Below, piece after piece: positions 1-11,173 of a stretch of DNA of 64,000 nt. The position numbers were made by a program, and so were the translations under genes. This DNA comes from Podarcis vaucheri. Taxonomy: Eukaryota. Position 1 is the stretch's first letter, and every line of letters begins with the position of its first letter. The notes below the pieces were generated by a model. That model did no database searches, was not told where the DNA came from, and was given only the letters and a program-made list of their open reading frames with translations. Location of the stretch: NCBI GenBank assembly GCA_965113315.1, contig OZ220375.1. One strand, given 5' to 3'.

Positions 1-400
1 CAACAATTTTAATTGCAAGACCTCATAATGCAGCTTAAGATTTGGGGCACCAAGAGCTCCCTTAGTTCTCGGTCGATACAGGGTTAGACAGTTCATCCTG
101 CTCCTTTTACATCCTGAAATAAAAATACTAATAATCAAATGTTGCCATCCATCCAGTTGAGGACAAGGGATATGTATGGGCAGTTTCAGAAAGAAAAATA
201 GAAATTTAGGAAGCATTCACATCTTCAGTGCTGCAATTTGGTCTAACTTAAATTTAAATGCTTCCAAGAGCAGAGCTCTTCTGTGGTCTTTTTATGGAGA
301 TTGCCTAAATTTCTTTGGCAGAGTACCTTCCTTTGGTATAATGATACCAAGATACCTAATTATTCCATATAACAATTTGGAATGGTATCTTTGAGTCCCC
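1..400 (-). mobile_element. Degraded L1-clade LINE ORF2 (RT C-terminal region) fragment
   Basis: Minus-strand translation gives IIRYLGIII, IAALKM*MLPKFLFFFLKLP and GALGAPNLKLHYEVLQL, resembling L1/Tx1 ORF2 motifs (YLGI; RIAxxKMxxLPKxLxLF; GGLGxPNLxxYY); contains stops. Confidence 0.7.
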
Positions 401-520
401 TCCAAGCAGGCAGTTTTGTATTTGTGGGGTGGGATTCTGCGGCAGAAGGCATTCAGGCTAGTCCTTTAAAGCCTTTTAAGCACCCATTTTTTACACATCT
501 AAAGATTTAGTCAAGTACCT

Positions 521-1296
521 TGGTGGTACCTTGGTTCTCAAACGCCTTGGTACTCAAATGCAGTGGCGTAGCGTGGGGGTGCAGGGGGGGGCCGGCCGCA
601 CCGGGCGCAACATCTGGGGGTTAGGGGGCGCAAATCCACGGGTTAGGGGGCGCAAATTACTTGCCTTGCCCCGGGTGCTGACAACCCACGCTATGCTACT
701 GCTCAAATGCTTGGTTCCCAAATGCTGAAAACCCAGAAGTGTTTCGGTTTTCGAAGATGCAGTTGTCAGCTATTGTTTCCGAGGTGCTTGCACCAATCAG
801 AAGCTGTGCCTTGGTTTTCGAACATTTTGGAAGTCAAACGGACTTCCAGAATGGATCAGGTTTGATGCTTTTTTTTTTTGCTATTTATTTTGAGTTTTTG
901 TTTTTGAGGCTTTTTCAATTAATTTGTCTTTGTGACTGTGTGGAACCCATTTCAACTACTGATTGATTGTGTGACTGTGGAAATAGATAAAAGATCCAAA
1001 CAATGACTATCTTCAGTGCAGGTAAGATTTTTTTGTAAAAAAATTATCATCTACAATACTGTCATTCATTTTATAGTACAGTGCATTGATTATTGCTTTC
1101 ATTTTATGGATCGATGGTCTCATTAGATAGTAAAATTCATGTTAAATTGCTGTTTTGGGAGTTGTTTTTAAAAGTCTGGAATGGATTGAGCTGTTTTGCA
1201 TTACTTTCTATGGGAAAGTGCGGTTTGGTTTTGGAACACTTTGGTTTTGGAATGGACTGCTGGAACGGATTAAGTTTGAGAACCAAGGCACCACTG
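521..1296. mobile_element. Non-autonomous Tc1/mariner (Tigger-like) DNA transposon
   Basis: Terminal inverted repeats gtggtaccttggttctcaaac / gtttgagaaccaaggcaccactg followed by TA; related copies at 6936, 15377, 19296. Confidence 0.75.
561..701. mobile_element. hAT-type MITE nested in the Tigger-like element
   Basis: TIRs cagtggcgtagcgtggg / cccacgctatgctactg; exact 8-bp TSD CTCAAATG at 553-560 and 702-709. Confidence 0.85.
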
Positions 1297-2310
1297 TACA
1301 ACTATGTTGCCATAGAAACAACTAGCAAGTGATACCTCCAGAAAGAGAGGATAGCAGGGCTTCCCCATCATGTCATTCTAGGGATAGGAGAGTCGGAGAG
1401 CAATAGGTCATGTTTAAAGTCTTTAAGATAATGCAAGGCTATCTTTGAAAAAACAACCACCAAAAAACCATTTTCTTGGCTGTGCACTGGAGCTTGTTTA
1501 TCTCATTAGGCTCTTGTAAGGAAAGAGAAATTAATATGTAGCTGATGAATTATATCCACCTGGGCAAGTGGAAACACTTCTTTGGTCAAGCATGGCAGGG
1601 CACCCAATTTTTGTTGACTTCCTCCACCCCTCTGCGGTCCCTCTTTGCCATATCCCAAATTACTCTGGAATATTCTCCAACTCTCAGGATCAGCTCTTCT
1701 GGGTCAGCATGGCTCTACAGTGGACACCACACACACAACACAAATACATACCCAAAATGTTAATAACCTTTATAACAAAGGTACCATGACATAAGACATT
1801 CAACGAACTACAGCTTTCAAAAGAACACACAATATCTAGTTTGTTTGTTTTTTAAAAGGGGTGTTTCATGAAATTGGGATCACCAACACACAGCCCAGCA
1901 AGAATATATTGATGCCAGTTAGTTAATCAAAGCACACATCAAGCAGTCTGTGTTCCGGTTTTAAGAACATAAGATCATAGCTGTCAACGTTTCCCTTTTT
2001 TAAAGGGAAATTCCCTTATTCCGAATAGGATTCCTCGCAAGATCAGACCAATGGGTTTCCTATTTCAGCAAGACCTGAGCACAACAGAACTCCCCTCTCC
2101 CTGCAGTTTCCAGCAACTGACATTACTGCCTCTGATCAGGGCTAGTAGTTTTCTTACATTAACATCATCTTTAGCCCTTTTCATTATTGGTGGTGGCTGG
2201 GTTCTTTCTTTTTTTTTTTTTAAGCAAACGAGTTTTTTGCATTTTTTGCTGCCATCATGTGGCAGTTTACACTCATTGCAGAAACCCCATTGTTTTAACT
2301 CATGCGAGAT

Positions 2311-2354
2311 TTTGAATTTCCCGCGCCGCCGAGTCGTTGTGGCGGGGAATTAAA
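2311..2354. promoter_or_regulatory. CHR + E2F motif cluster in a CpG-rich patch
   Basis: TTTGAA (2311-2316) abutting TTTCCCGCGC (2317-2326) and an inverted GGCGGGGAA; YY1-like aaaatggcg at ~2578. Confidence 0.35.
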
Positions 2355-2861
2355 CCACGCCTCCATCTGCTTCTCTTTGTTCTCGGGTCAGCATGGCGGA
2401 AGCCAGTGCAGCATTCAGATTTCGTTTTTTATCGTTTAAGAGTTTTTATCGTTTTTAAGAGTAGGTTTAAGCACAGCTGAAGATGGAAGAGTGCGCTTAG
2501 GAAGAACCAGAAAAAACCACTTGAGAGGGGGAGGCTATATTCTCCAAGCGCAGAAGCACCAATTATTTTCCTGAAAGAAAATGGCGACCGCTTTCTCCCA
2601 GAAGGCGCTCTAGGGTGGAATTGCAAGTTAAATATCATAAATCACTCGCGGGTAGCAAACAAAGCGGTAGGGTTAAACCTAGGAACTTTTATAAAAGCGG
2701 TTTAGCGTTACTCTTAATAAAGGAAGCCAATCCTAGGTCGGCTGCAACACTCGACTCACTTTTACGAGAAATCCTTTTCATTTCCTGTGAAACGATAATG
2801 AAGTACCGTAACTCAGAATTATTTCCGCATAAAATGTATCAGTATCATAAATTAGGTGGTT

Positions 2862-2903
2862 CAGCACTTCTTAAGAAAAAAGTGGGTGGCCCTGAAAAGG
2901 GCC
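2862..2903 (-). terminator. Histone mRNA 3' stem-loop and histone downstream element (U7 site)
   Basis: Minus strand reads CCAAA-GGCCCTTTTCAGGGCC-ACCCA (stem-loop 2888-2903), then purine-rich AAGAAGTGCTG about 15 nt downstream. Confidence 0.95.
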
Positions 2904-2953
2904 TTTGGGTTTTTTGTTTTGTTTTAAGTAGTTTCAAGAACGAAGAAATCCCC

Positions 2954-3313
<360 letters not shown>

Positions 3314-3318
3314 TCAAC

Positions 3319-3486
3319 TTTTATAGTCTGATGTCGGACCAGAGTGGAAACCTGCACGAGAAATATATATATATAGGCTCCGCCTCCCACTTTTCCCCGC
3401 GTGTTGGAAACGCCCATGAATTCTCAGTAACCAATCAGCAGAACCATGAAAGCTGTCCAATCAGACCTCGTGGAGAAGTATCCAAT
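3319..3486 (-). promoter_or_regulatory. Histone H4 promoter (TATA, H4 site II/HiNF-P-type element, GC box, 3 CCAAT boxes)
   Basis: Minus strand GGTTTCCACTCTGGTCCGA (3334-3352) then TATAAAA (3319-3325); CCAATCA on + strand at 3431, 3457, 3482. Confidence 0.8.
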
Positions 3487-4946
3487 CAGAGCTCGAGCCC
3501 GGGGAAAGACTTATTCGAGCTTGGTTATTGCGGGCTTAGATTCCAAAAGCGTCGCTCAGCTCAATGAATGGGGCGAATGCAGCCTCCAGTGTGCTTCTTA
3601 ACAGCTCAATTGCACGGCATGTGCTCAGTGGGGTTTACAGTCAGGTAAGGATTGCAACCTAGAGATAGAGGAGCCTGCCTTCTCGTCTTCGGCCTGGAAA
3701 CTCCAAGAAACTACGTGGCTTAATTCTCCCACGCGTCTGACATACATACCTGCTAACGCGGCAACGAAGCGATCCTGAAGCAGCAGCTTTCCATTCGAAA
3801 TGAGTCTCTTACAGGAGTTCTAGCTTGGCCCGCGGCCGCAGCGTGCATTGCCCTGGCCTTGAAATTTGTGTCTGGGCCCCTTCATGGGGAATTTTGTGGA
3901 TGCTAGGACACACAGGGATCCGGCACCTATGGTCTACTGCGTGTTTCTAAAACTAGCGATTCGTTTTGCTTAAGGGGAGGAGTGAATAAAGTGGGGTTTT
4001 AAAAATAACCTTATCTCACAAAAGAAGCGACTGGGGAAAACACATACGGGAGAGTGTTAGCGGACGGTGGCTGGCTCACAGCAGTGCCTCTCCCATTTTA
4101 CGTGAAGATTAATTGAATGTTAAACTCCCCGCGCTGTGATCATTCGGAGGAGAAGCCGAGAGATCCTGATGGCCAATCACATCAGGACGCGGGATTTTAT
4201 TTTTTAAGGACCCGTTTCTTTGGCATGATTCATTTTGTCTGTGCCCTTCCTTCCAGGCGGACTAGTATAGCCGCCCTCCCTCAACAAAGGGGAGCCGTTC
4301 TCCAGTCGCCATTTTAGCCTGCGTTTCATCAGCTGTTCCCAATCCTATTCGCTCACACCAGACTCCCTTATTCGGTTTGGCGTGTCGTTGCACAATCCTG
4401 ATTGCTGAAGATGGTTTAATATATTACTGGATGCAAATTTGTTACCCTCTACATACATGCAAGTTATTTTTCTCACCCGTAGGGCTTTCACCGCTTTTTT
4501 TTTGGTCAGCCTAGTTTGCTATTCCAGATATTTTGGACCACAACTCCTGGCATTGCCTACCACTGGCCATGCTGGCTGCTTGGGACAGAACATTCTAGAG
4601 CAGCCTTCCTCCATCTGGTAGTGGCTAAGACGCTTCGGTACAAGAACTTGTGTTTGGAATAATTTTCAGAGAAGTATCTGTATTAGTCAGCTGCAGCAAA
4701 ATGAGTTTTGTGGAATTTTAAAGACTAGTACAGTGATACCTCGGGTTACATACGCTTCAGGTTACACACTCTGCTAACCCAGAAATAGTGCTTCAGGTTA
4801 AGACCTTTGCTTCAGGATAAGAACAGAAATCGTGCTCTGGTGGAGGCCCCATTAGCTAAAGTGCAGCAAGAGGCCCCATTAGCTAAAGTGGTACTTCAGG
4901 TTAAGAACAGACCTCCGGAACGAATTAAGTACTTAAGCCGAGGTAC

Positions 4947-5969
4947 TGAGGCAAGGAAGAAGGGCTACCCCTATGCTATCCATATACAGTGGTGCCTCGC
5001 AAGACGAAAAGAATCCGTTCTGTGATTCTCTTCGTCTAGTGGTTTTTTTCGTCTTGCGAAGCAAGCCCATTGACGGATTAGCGATATTAGCGGCTTTTAG
5101 AGGCTTTTAGCAGCTTATCTGCTGATTGGATTAGCTGATAAGAGGCATAGCGGCTTAGAAAAAGGGGGGGGGAGAGGGGAAAAACCAGCAGGAACTCGCA
5201 AGACATTGTTGTCTTGCGAAGCAAGCCCATAGGAGATTCGTTTTGCGAAGCACCTCCAAAACGGAAAACTCGTTCGTCTAGCGAGTTTTCCGTCTTGCAA
5301 GGCATTCGTCTTGCGGGGCACCACTGTAATCAGTTATCAGTAATCAATATATTCATATATGCTCACATATAATCAGGGCTTGCAGTATTTTATAATCCAT
5401 TTTGAATCAAAGGGAAGCTGTGCCTTAGCTAACTGCAAACTGCTTGAAACAGCAAAGTTGGGAGCCGGCCTTTCCCCTACAAACATCCGTGTACCCTGGA
5501 CAAGCGGAAGACGTGAATCAGAGATACTGGTACAAAATCCCCTCAGATTCAGGCTAAATTAATCCACAGAACAGGAAGAGCAAAACCACAAAATCTCCAA
5601 ACTCCCTGTCCTGTCATAACTAGGGGAGAGGTTAGACAGAGCGTCACTGCATGCATCGGAAAGCAGAACTAGAACTCCGTGCTTGACCAGGAGCTGGTAG
5701 CGTGGCAAGAAGCTTGCTAATTGGCTAATTTTCACTGACAATATCGTGAGTCCCTCATGGTTGTCTCATGATCTATGATTTGCTGTGATCTGCTCAGGTA
5801 TAAAGACCTCTGGATTTCTGTAAACCGGGGTCCCGGTTCCTTTTGGAAGAGATTACAAACTGGGTCCTTATTGCCTGGCAATAAACCTCACCTTCTTATT
5901 CTCCTTTGCTGAGTCTGCCTGATCCTTATTTGGCACCAAGCGAGTACCTGCTTACGTTCATGTGCTTCA
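4947..5969 (+). mobile_element. Solo LTR copy 1 (TG...CA, 4-bp TSD), interrupted by a MITE
   Basis: Starts TGAGGC, ends GCTTCA; TSD GTAC at 4943-4946 and 5970-5973; TATAAA ~5799 and AATAAA ~5880; near-identical inverted copy at 7995-8686. Confidence 0.9.
4987..5326. mobile_element. Tc1/mariner MITE (gcaagacg family) inside solo LTR 1
   Basis: TIRs cagtggtgcctcgcaagacg / cgtcttgcggggcaccactg, TA TSD; LTR copy 2 shows the empty site ctatccatataatcagt. Confidence 0.9.
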
Positions 5970-6488
5970 GTACCACTGTAAATGTATTGCCATAATAGTT
6001 GTGTTAGTCTTTAAGGTGCCACAAGACGTGTGTGTGTGTGTGTGTTTGTGTGTTGCACAAATAAAAAAGCACTGCCATTGATACTTACTTTTCTTTTTTT
6101 CATTACATTGCTGTGAGTTTCTTCTTTACTTGTACAGACACAAATGTCTATATCTGTGGCCAAATCATGCCCAGAAAGAAGATCCGTCGTTCCCCACATC
6201 TAACCACCCTTTTCAATTCATAATCCCCTAGGTTCTTCTTCAAAACATCCAGTACCCCATAATCCTGCTTCCCAAACACTTGCAGCCCTTTCTTCAATGT
6301 AGCCTTTCACATCCTGCTCCCTGGCATGTTTCAGATGTCTGTTCCAAAATGGCGCATTCTTTTTCCCCACCAGAGAGTTCTGAGCCTTGGTCCTAAATAT
6401 ACTGTATCAGAGAGTCCCTAGCTCATTTCAGCACCCTCTAAAAAAGGAACATTATGTGTTACATTCCTATTTCCGGATATCTGTAGCA

Positions 6489-7215
6489 CAGTGGTTTTCA
6501 GCCACTGTGCCGTGGCATCCTGGGGTGCCTTGGATGATGGTCAGGGGTGCCCTGGGCAGTGCTGGCCTCTGTCCCTCTTTCCTCCCTTCCTCTGAAGCCC
6601 TCTTGCATCTCACCCTCCCAAAGGCTTGCACAGCTATTGCAGCAGCCCTGGCTACAAGCTTCCCAGGCAAATGGTGCCTCTGGGGCTGGCCAGGGGGTGC
6701 ATCCTATGCCCTTGTGGGGCAGTGTGAGGAGGCACCTCCCTTTGGGGCAGGGGGGCAGCTCAGAGACCAGGGGCGGCAATAGCAGCTGCCTGGAGGACTC
6801 ATAAGGTGAGGGAGAGGAGAGGAAGCTGAGGGAACACACAACAAGGGAGTGTGTTTGAAATGGGGTGAGGGGCTGCCAGCTCTGCAGGCAAAGGCTGACA
6901 TAACTCGGCTCCTGGGGTGCTGCAGAAACAATGTACAGTTGTACCTTGGATCTCGAATGCCTTGGTACTTGGACGTTTTGGCTCCTAAACACCGCAAACC
7001 GGAAGTGAGTGTTCTGTTTTGCAAATGTTCTTTGGAACCCGAACAAGGGCCTTCTGATTGGCTGCAGGAGCTTCCTGCAACCACTCAGAAGCCGCACTTT
7101 GGTTTCTGAACGTTTTGGAAGCTGAACGGACTTCCAGAACGGATTCTATCAACTTCCAAGGTATGACTGTAGTTAGTCAAGGGAGATGTGGACTCAAAAA
7201 GGTTGAAAACCTCTG
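6489..7215. mobile_element. hAT (Charlie-like) non-autonomous element
   Basis: TIRs cagtggttttcagcc / ggttgaaaacctctg; 8-bp TSD ctgtagca / ttgtagca (1 mismatch). Confidence 0.7.
6936..7169. mobile_element. Tigger-like MITE nested in the hAT element
   Basis: TA-cagttgtaccttgga ... tccaaggtatgactg-TA. Confidence 0.75.
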
Positions 7216-7994
7216 TTGTAGCAACAGACCCCATAATTCACTCTGTGCTGCTTGCCAGAGAAAGAGTAGGTCCTGTTGTAGAACTGGCAATAAGGGGGGG
7301 GGGGGAATCAAGAGAGGGAAAGAGTCGCTTTTGCCATTGACCTGGTAGCAATGAGGTTCCTTTCTCAGCAGCATTCCTCAAAGCAGAATCCAATGTGATA
7401 AAGAAGGGCAGCCTTTGCTAACAAAGAGATAGGATCTCTCTTGGATGCCTGCAAGGCATGTTGTGGCTGGTTCTGCAAGGATTCCTCTTTCAGCTGTGCT
7501 TTCAACTGTCACACAGCAGGGCAGGACAAAATGTCCCGAGCCATACAAAATCATAATACACAGATGAAAAATTACCAACAAAAAAATATGAAGCGTATCA
7601 CAATATAAAATCCCAATATGGTTTGTAGAGTTACATCCATTAATTCTGCTCCATGTCTAAAGATGATGTGGTTTATCTCATCTTGGGGTAGATTGGGAAT
7701 GTACACTGAAGTGTACATTACAACCTGACTTACTGAAGTGGGGGAGATATATTTAGATTTCCATACTATGTAGAGATGCAGGAGACTGAACCCGGGACCT
7801 TTTGCATGCAAAGCCGGTGCTGAACCACTGATCCCTTTGTTATGGACCAGTTGCTCCTCCCCATGGCTACTTACCGTTATGGAGGTGGTTTGTTTGTTTG
7901 CAAAAACAAGAGAGGACAGGACTATTGCGCCCTCCCTTCGTCTTTAATGTGCCACAAGAGTCTATGTTGCTTTTGCTACCTTAGAGGGTTGTTG

Positions 7995-8686
7995 TGAAGC
8001 GCGTGAAAGTAAGTGGGTACTCGCTTGGTGCCAAATAAGGATCAGGCAGACTCAGCAATGGAGAATAAGAAGGTGAGGTTTATTGCCAGGCAATAAGGAC
8101 CCAGTTTGGAATCTCTTCCAAAAGGAACTGGGACCCCGATTGACAGAAATCCAGAGGTCTTTATACCTGAGCAAATCACAGCAAATCATAGATCATGAGA
8201 CAACCATGAGGGATTCACAATATTGTCAGCGAGAATCAGCCAGTCAGCAAGCTCTTGCCACGCTACCAGCTCCTGGTCAAGCACAGAGTTCAAGTTCTGC
8301 TTTCCGATGCTTGCAGTGACGCTCTGTCTAACCTCTCCCCTAGTTAGGACAGGACAGGGAGTTTGGAGATTTTGTGGTTTTGCTCTTCCTGTTCTGTGGA
8401 TTAATTTAGCCTGTATCTGAGGGGATTTTGTACCAGTATCTCTGATTCACGTCTTCCGCTTGTCCAGGGTACACGGATGTTTGTAGGGGAAAGGTCGGCT
8501 CCTAACTTTGCTGTTTCAAGCAGTTTGCAGTTAGCTAAGGCACAGCTTCCCTTTTGATTCAAAATGGATTATAAAATACTGTAAGCCTTGATTATGTGTA
8601 AGCATATATGAATATATATTGAATATATTGATTACTGATAACTGATTATATGGATAGCATAGGGGTAGCCCTTCTTCCTTGCCTCA
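7995..8686 (-). mobile_element. Solo LTR copy 2 (~692 bp), inverted relative to copy 1
   Basis: Reverse complement of 4947-5969 without the MITE; TSD GTTG at 7991-7994 and 8687-8690. Confidence 0.9.
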
Positions 8687-8859
8687 GTTGTAAGGGTGAG
8701 AAGTATCAGGATTTAAGTAAATAAAAGGGAGCGAAGGAGTTGGGTGCTACGAACGTTAAGTAAGCTGAAGAGGTGTGAGGCAGAGCACAACACTTGGGGG
8801 GCTCTGATAAAAAAGTAGAATCTAGAAGATTTGGAGAGGTGCTTCAGGATTCCTGGTCG

Positions 8860-9038
8860 CCCGCCCCTTCTTTTAACTCTCCTCCAGCCGCCCAAAGCGT
8901 GGGAAAACTGGAGAGGGCGAGGGAAAGGAGAGTTTAATTCCTGCTTTGCAAAGCTGAGCAATCGGATCAGAAAAACGGCTGGCGATTACTATTGTATCCG
9001 GATACGAGCGCTTGGGCGCATCTCCATCCGGAGTGAGT
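8860..9038 (+). promoter_or_regulatory. CpG-rich candidate promoter/first exon with splice donor
   Basis: CpG-dense segment with GC boxes ending GA|GTGAGT at 9033; no associated CDS found. Confidence 0.35.
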
Positions 9039-9383
9039 ACTGCATGTGATCCCCTCTCCGCCCCTCCCCACTTATCCATCATGCTTTGTTCCAGCATGTT
9101 TCCTCCTGTGGAGAGCAGGAAAGATCCCTTCCCCTGATCTGTCTCCTGCAATGGAAAAGCTCCAGCCGCTGCCCCATCTCGCTTGCAGGCCAGGATCCCC
9201 CTTCCTTGCCTGTATCGGTGTCTACAGTCGCTGCTGCCCTGAGGGGAGGCGCTGGGGCTGCAGGCGGGAGAGGTGGGGGGTGGGGTGGGTTGACGTCTCC
9301 AGGTAGCCCCCGCGGTGAAACCCACTTCATTGCCTCTGCCATCTTCCCAGGGGGCAGTGGGAGGGGGGGAAGGTCCTGCAAAT

Positions 9384-9738
9384 AGTAAAGGTAAAGGGAC
9401 CCCTGACCATTAGGTCCAGGCATGGCCGACTCTGGGGTTGTGGCGCTCATCTTGCTTTATTGGCCGAGGGAGCCGGTATACAGCTTCTGAGTCATGTTGC
9501 CAGCATGACCAAGCCACTTCTGGCAAACTAGAGCAGCGCACGGAAATGCCGTTCACCTTCCCGCTGGGGCAGTACCTATTTATCTACTTGCACTGTGAAT
9601 TGCTTTCGAACTGCTAGGTTGGCAGGAGCAGGGACCGAGCAACGGAAGTTCACCCCGTCACATGGATTCGAACCGCCGACCTTCTGATCGGCAAGCCCTA
9701 GGCTCAGTGGTTTAACCCAGGGTGCCACCTGCGTCCCT
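9384..9738 (-). mobile_element. Sauria SINE, near full length
   Basis: Reverse complement of the 51602-51960 copy; tRNA-like head and accttt tail. Confidence 0.9.
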
Positions 9739-10306
9739 CATGCAAATAGTAGGAATGATCAAATTCAGATACACTGCACTCCCCGCTTGTGCGCAAAAGC
9801 TTTCGCCACGCCCCCTCCTGAAGATCGGAAATGCCCACCCCCGTGTGTCTCTCCACGTGCCTTCAGCGTTTGTTGGCGTCCACATCGGAGAGCAGAACCG
9901 CGATGGTCGCTGACCATGCACGCTTCCTCCCCCATGTAACAACGCGCGCATGCCTACATATACATACAGCAGGTGTCTGCCTGCAACTCGGGTGCTGCAA
10001 TCAAGTTGCAGGCCAGCAGTGCAAAGCGAATTTTGGTTTTTCCTGACTATAAAACTATAGGATACATCTATAGGGGAGCCACAGTGGGAGTCAGTGCGAG
10101 GCAGCTTCACGTGCTCATAAGAGAAGAGCGCAGTTCAGCCAGGGGTTTGGAGCAAGGGGGGCTTTCTCTGAGGGAAGTCATAAAATTGTAAGGCTGGAAG
10201 GAATCCCAAGGGTAATCTAGTCCAACTCCTGGCTCCAACTCGGTGTAGGTTTTAGATCTGCTTTGCAGACCAATTCAATAATTTGAACATGCCTAAAATT
10301 CAAACC

Positions 10307-10543
10307 CTCCTGCCAACCTAGCAGTTCGAAAGCACGTCAAAGTGCAAGTAGATAAATAGGGACCGCTCCGGCAGGAAGGTAAACAGCGTTTCCGTGCGCT
10401 GCTCTGGTTCACCAGAAGTGACTTAGTCATGCTGGCCACATGACCCAGAAGCTGTATGCCGGCTCCCTTGGCCAGTAAAGCAAGATAAGAGCTGCAACCC
10501 CAGAGTCGGTCACAACCGGACCTAATGGTCAGGGGTACCTTTT
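10307..10543 (+). mobile_element. Sauria SINE, 5'-truncated
   Basis: ctcctgccaacctagcagttcgaaagcac ... ggacctaatggtcagggg, same family as 51602-51960. Confidence 0.85.
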
Positions 10544-11129
10544 AAAATTCAATCCAAAAGTTTGAACATGCCTCAAAACGGCCAGATCCTTGCCACCTGT
10601 CCCCGGTGTTCAATCCAGGTTCTGGATGAAAGACCCTTGGACAGAGTGCTTTTGATGGGTGTCCCTTCCTCTTTCCAAGGCATTGTTGCCCACTCACTTG
10701 CCTCTGGGCCCAATCCACCCAACTCTTTGATGGGGGTGGCAGGAGTGGGGAGAGAAGGTCAATGTTCCTAGAGAAACTGCTCCGTCTCCTTGCTCTTGTC
10801 ACTGCTTGTGTGCTTGGAGAGGACAGGTGAACAGGTCAGGTGGCAATTGCAAGCAGGAAGAGCAAAAGGGCCAGGAGGCACAAGGGTGACACTGGGCCTC
10901 CTGGGGCAGGTGGCCGTTGGCAGGTGCCTGACTCTGCCTGCCCCTGACACCCATGAAGCTTATACCTTAGGATAACCTTGCTCTCCGTAACACACAGGCA
11001 TGGAAAGATAGACGGACACGCACACCAAACAAATGCCCAGCTAGAAGGCTTACATTCCACAGAAGATAAGGAACTGGAATTTGGTCAGGAGCAGGCTTTT
11101 ATTAGGTTATTTTCAAGGACCTACCAAGG

Positions 11130-11132
<3 letters not shown>

Positions 11133-11170
<38 letters not shown>
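11133..11170. repeat. (GA)n microsatellite
   Basis: Perfect GA dinucleotide run. Confidence 0.95.

Positions 11171-11173
<3 letters not shown>

Larger units (their letters stand above)
4731..5978. mobile_element. Tigger-like MITE whose right TIR is split by a solo LTR
   Basis: TA-cagtgatacctcgggtt ... ccgaggtac[LTR]gtaccactg-TA; intact family copy at 40657-40898. Confidence 0.85.

Noticed and set aside
4947-8686. One provirus or one large TIR transposon bounded by the two repeats
   Set aside because: The repeats are inverted, each has its own TSD, and no gag/pol or transposase lies between them
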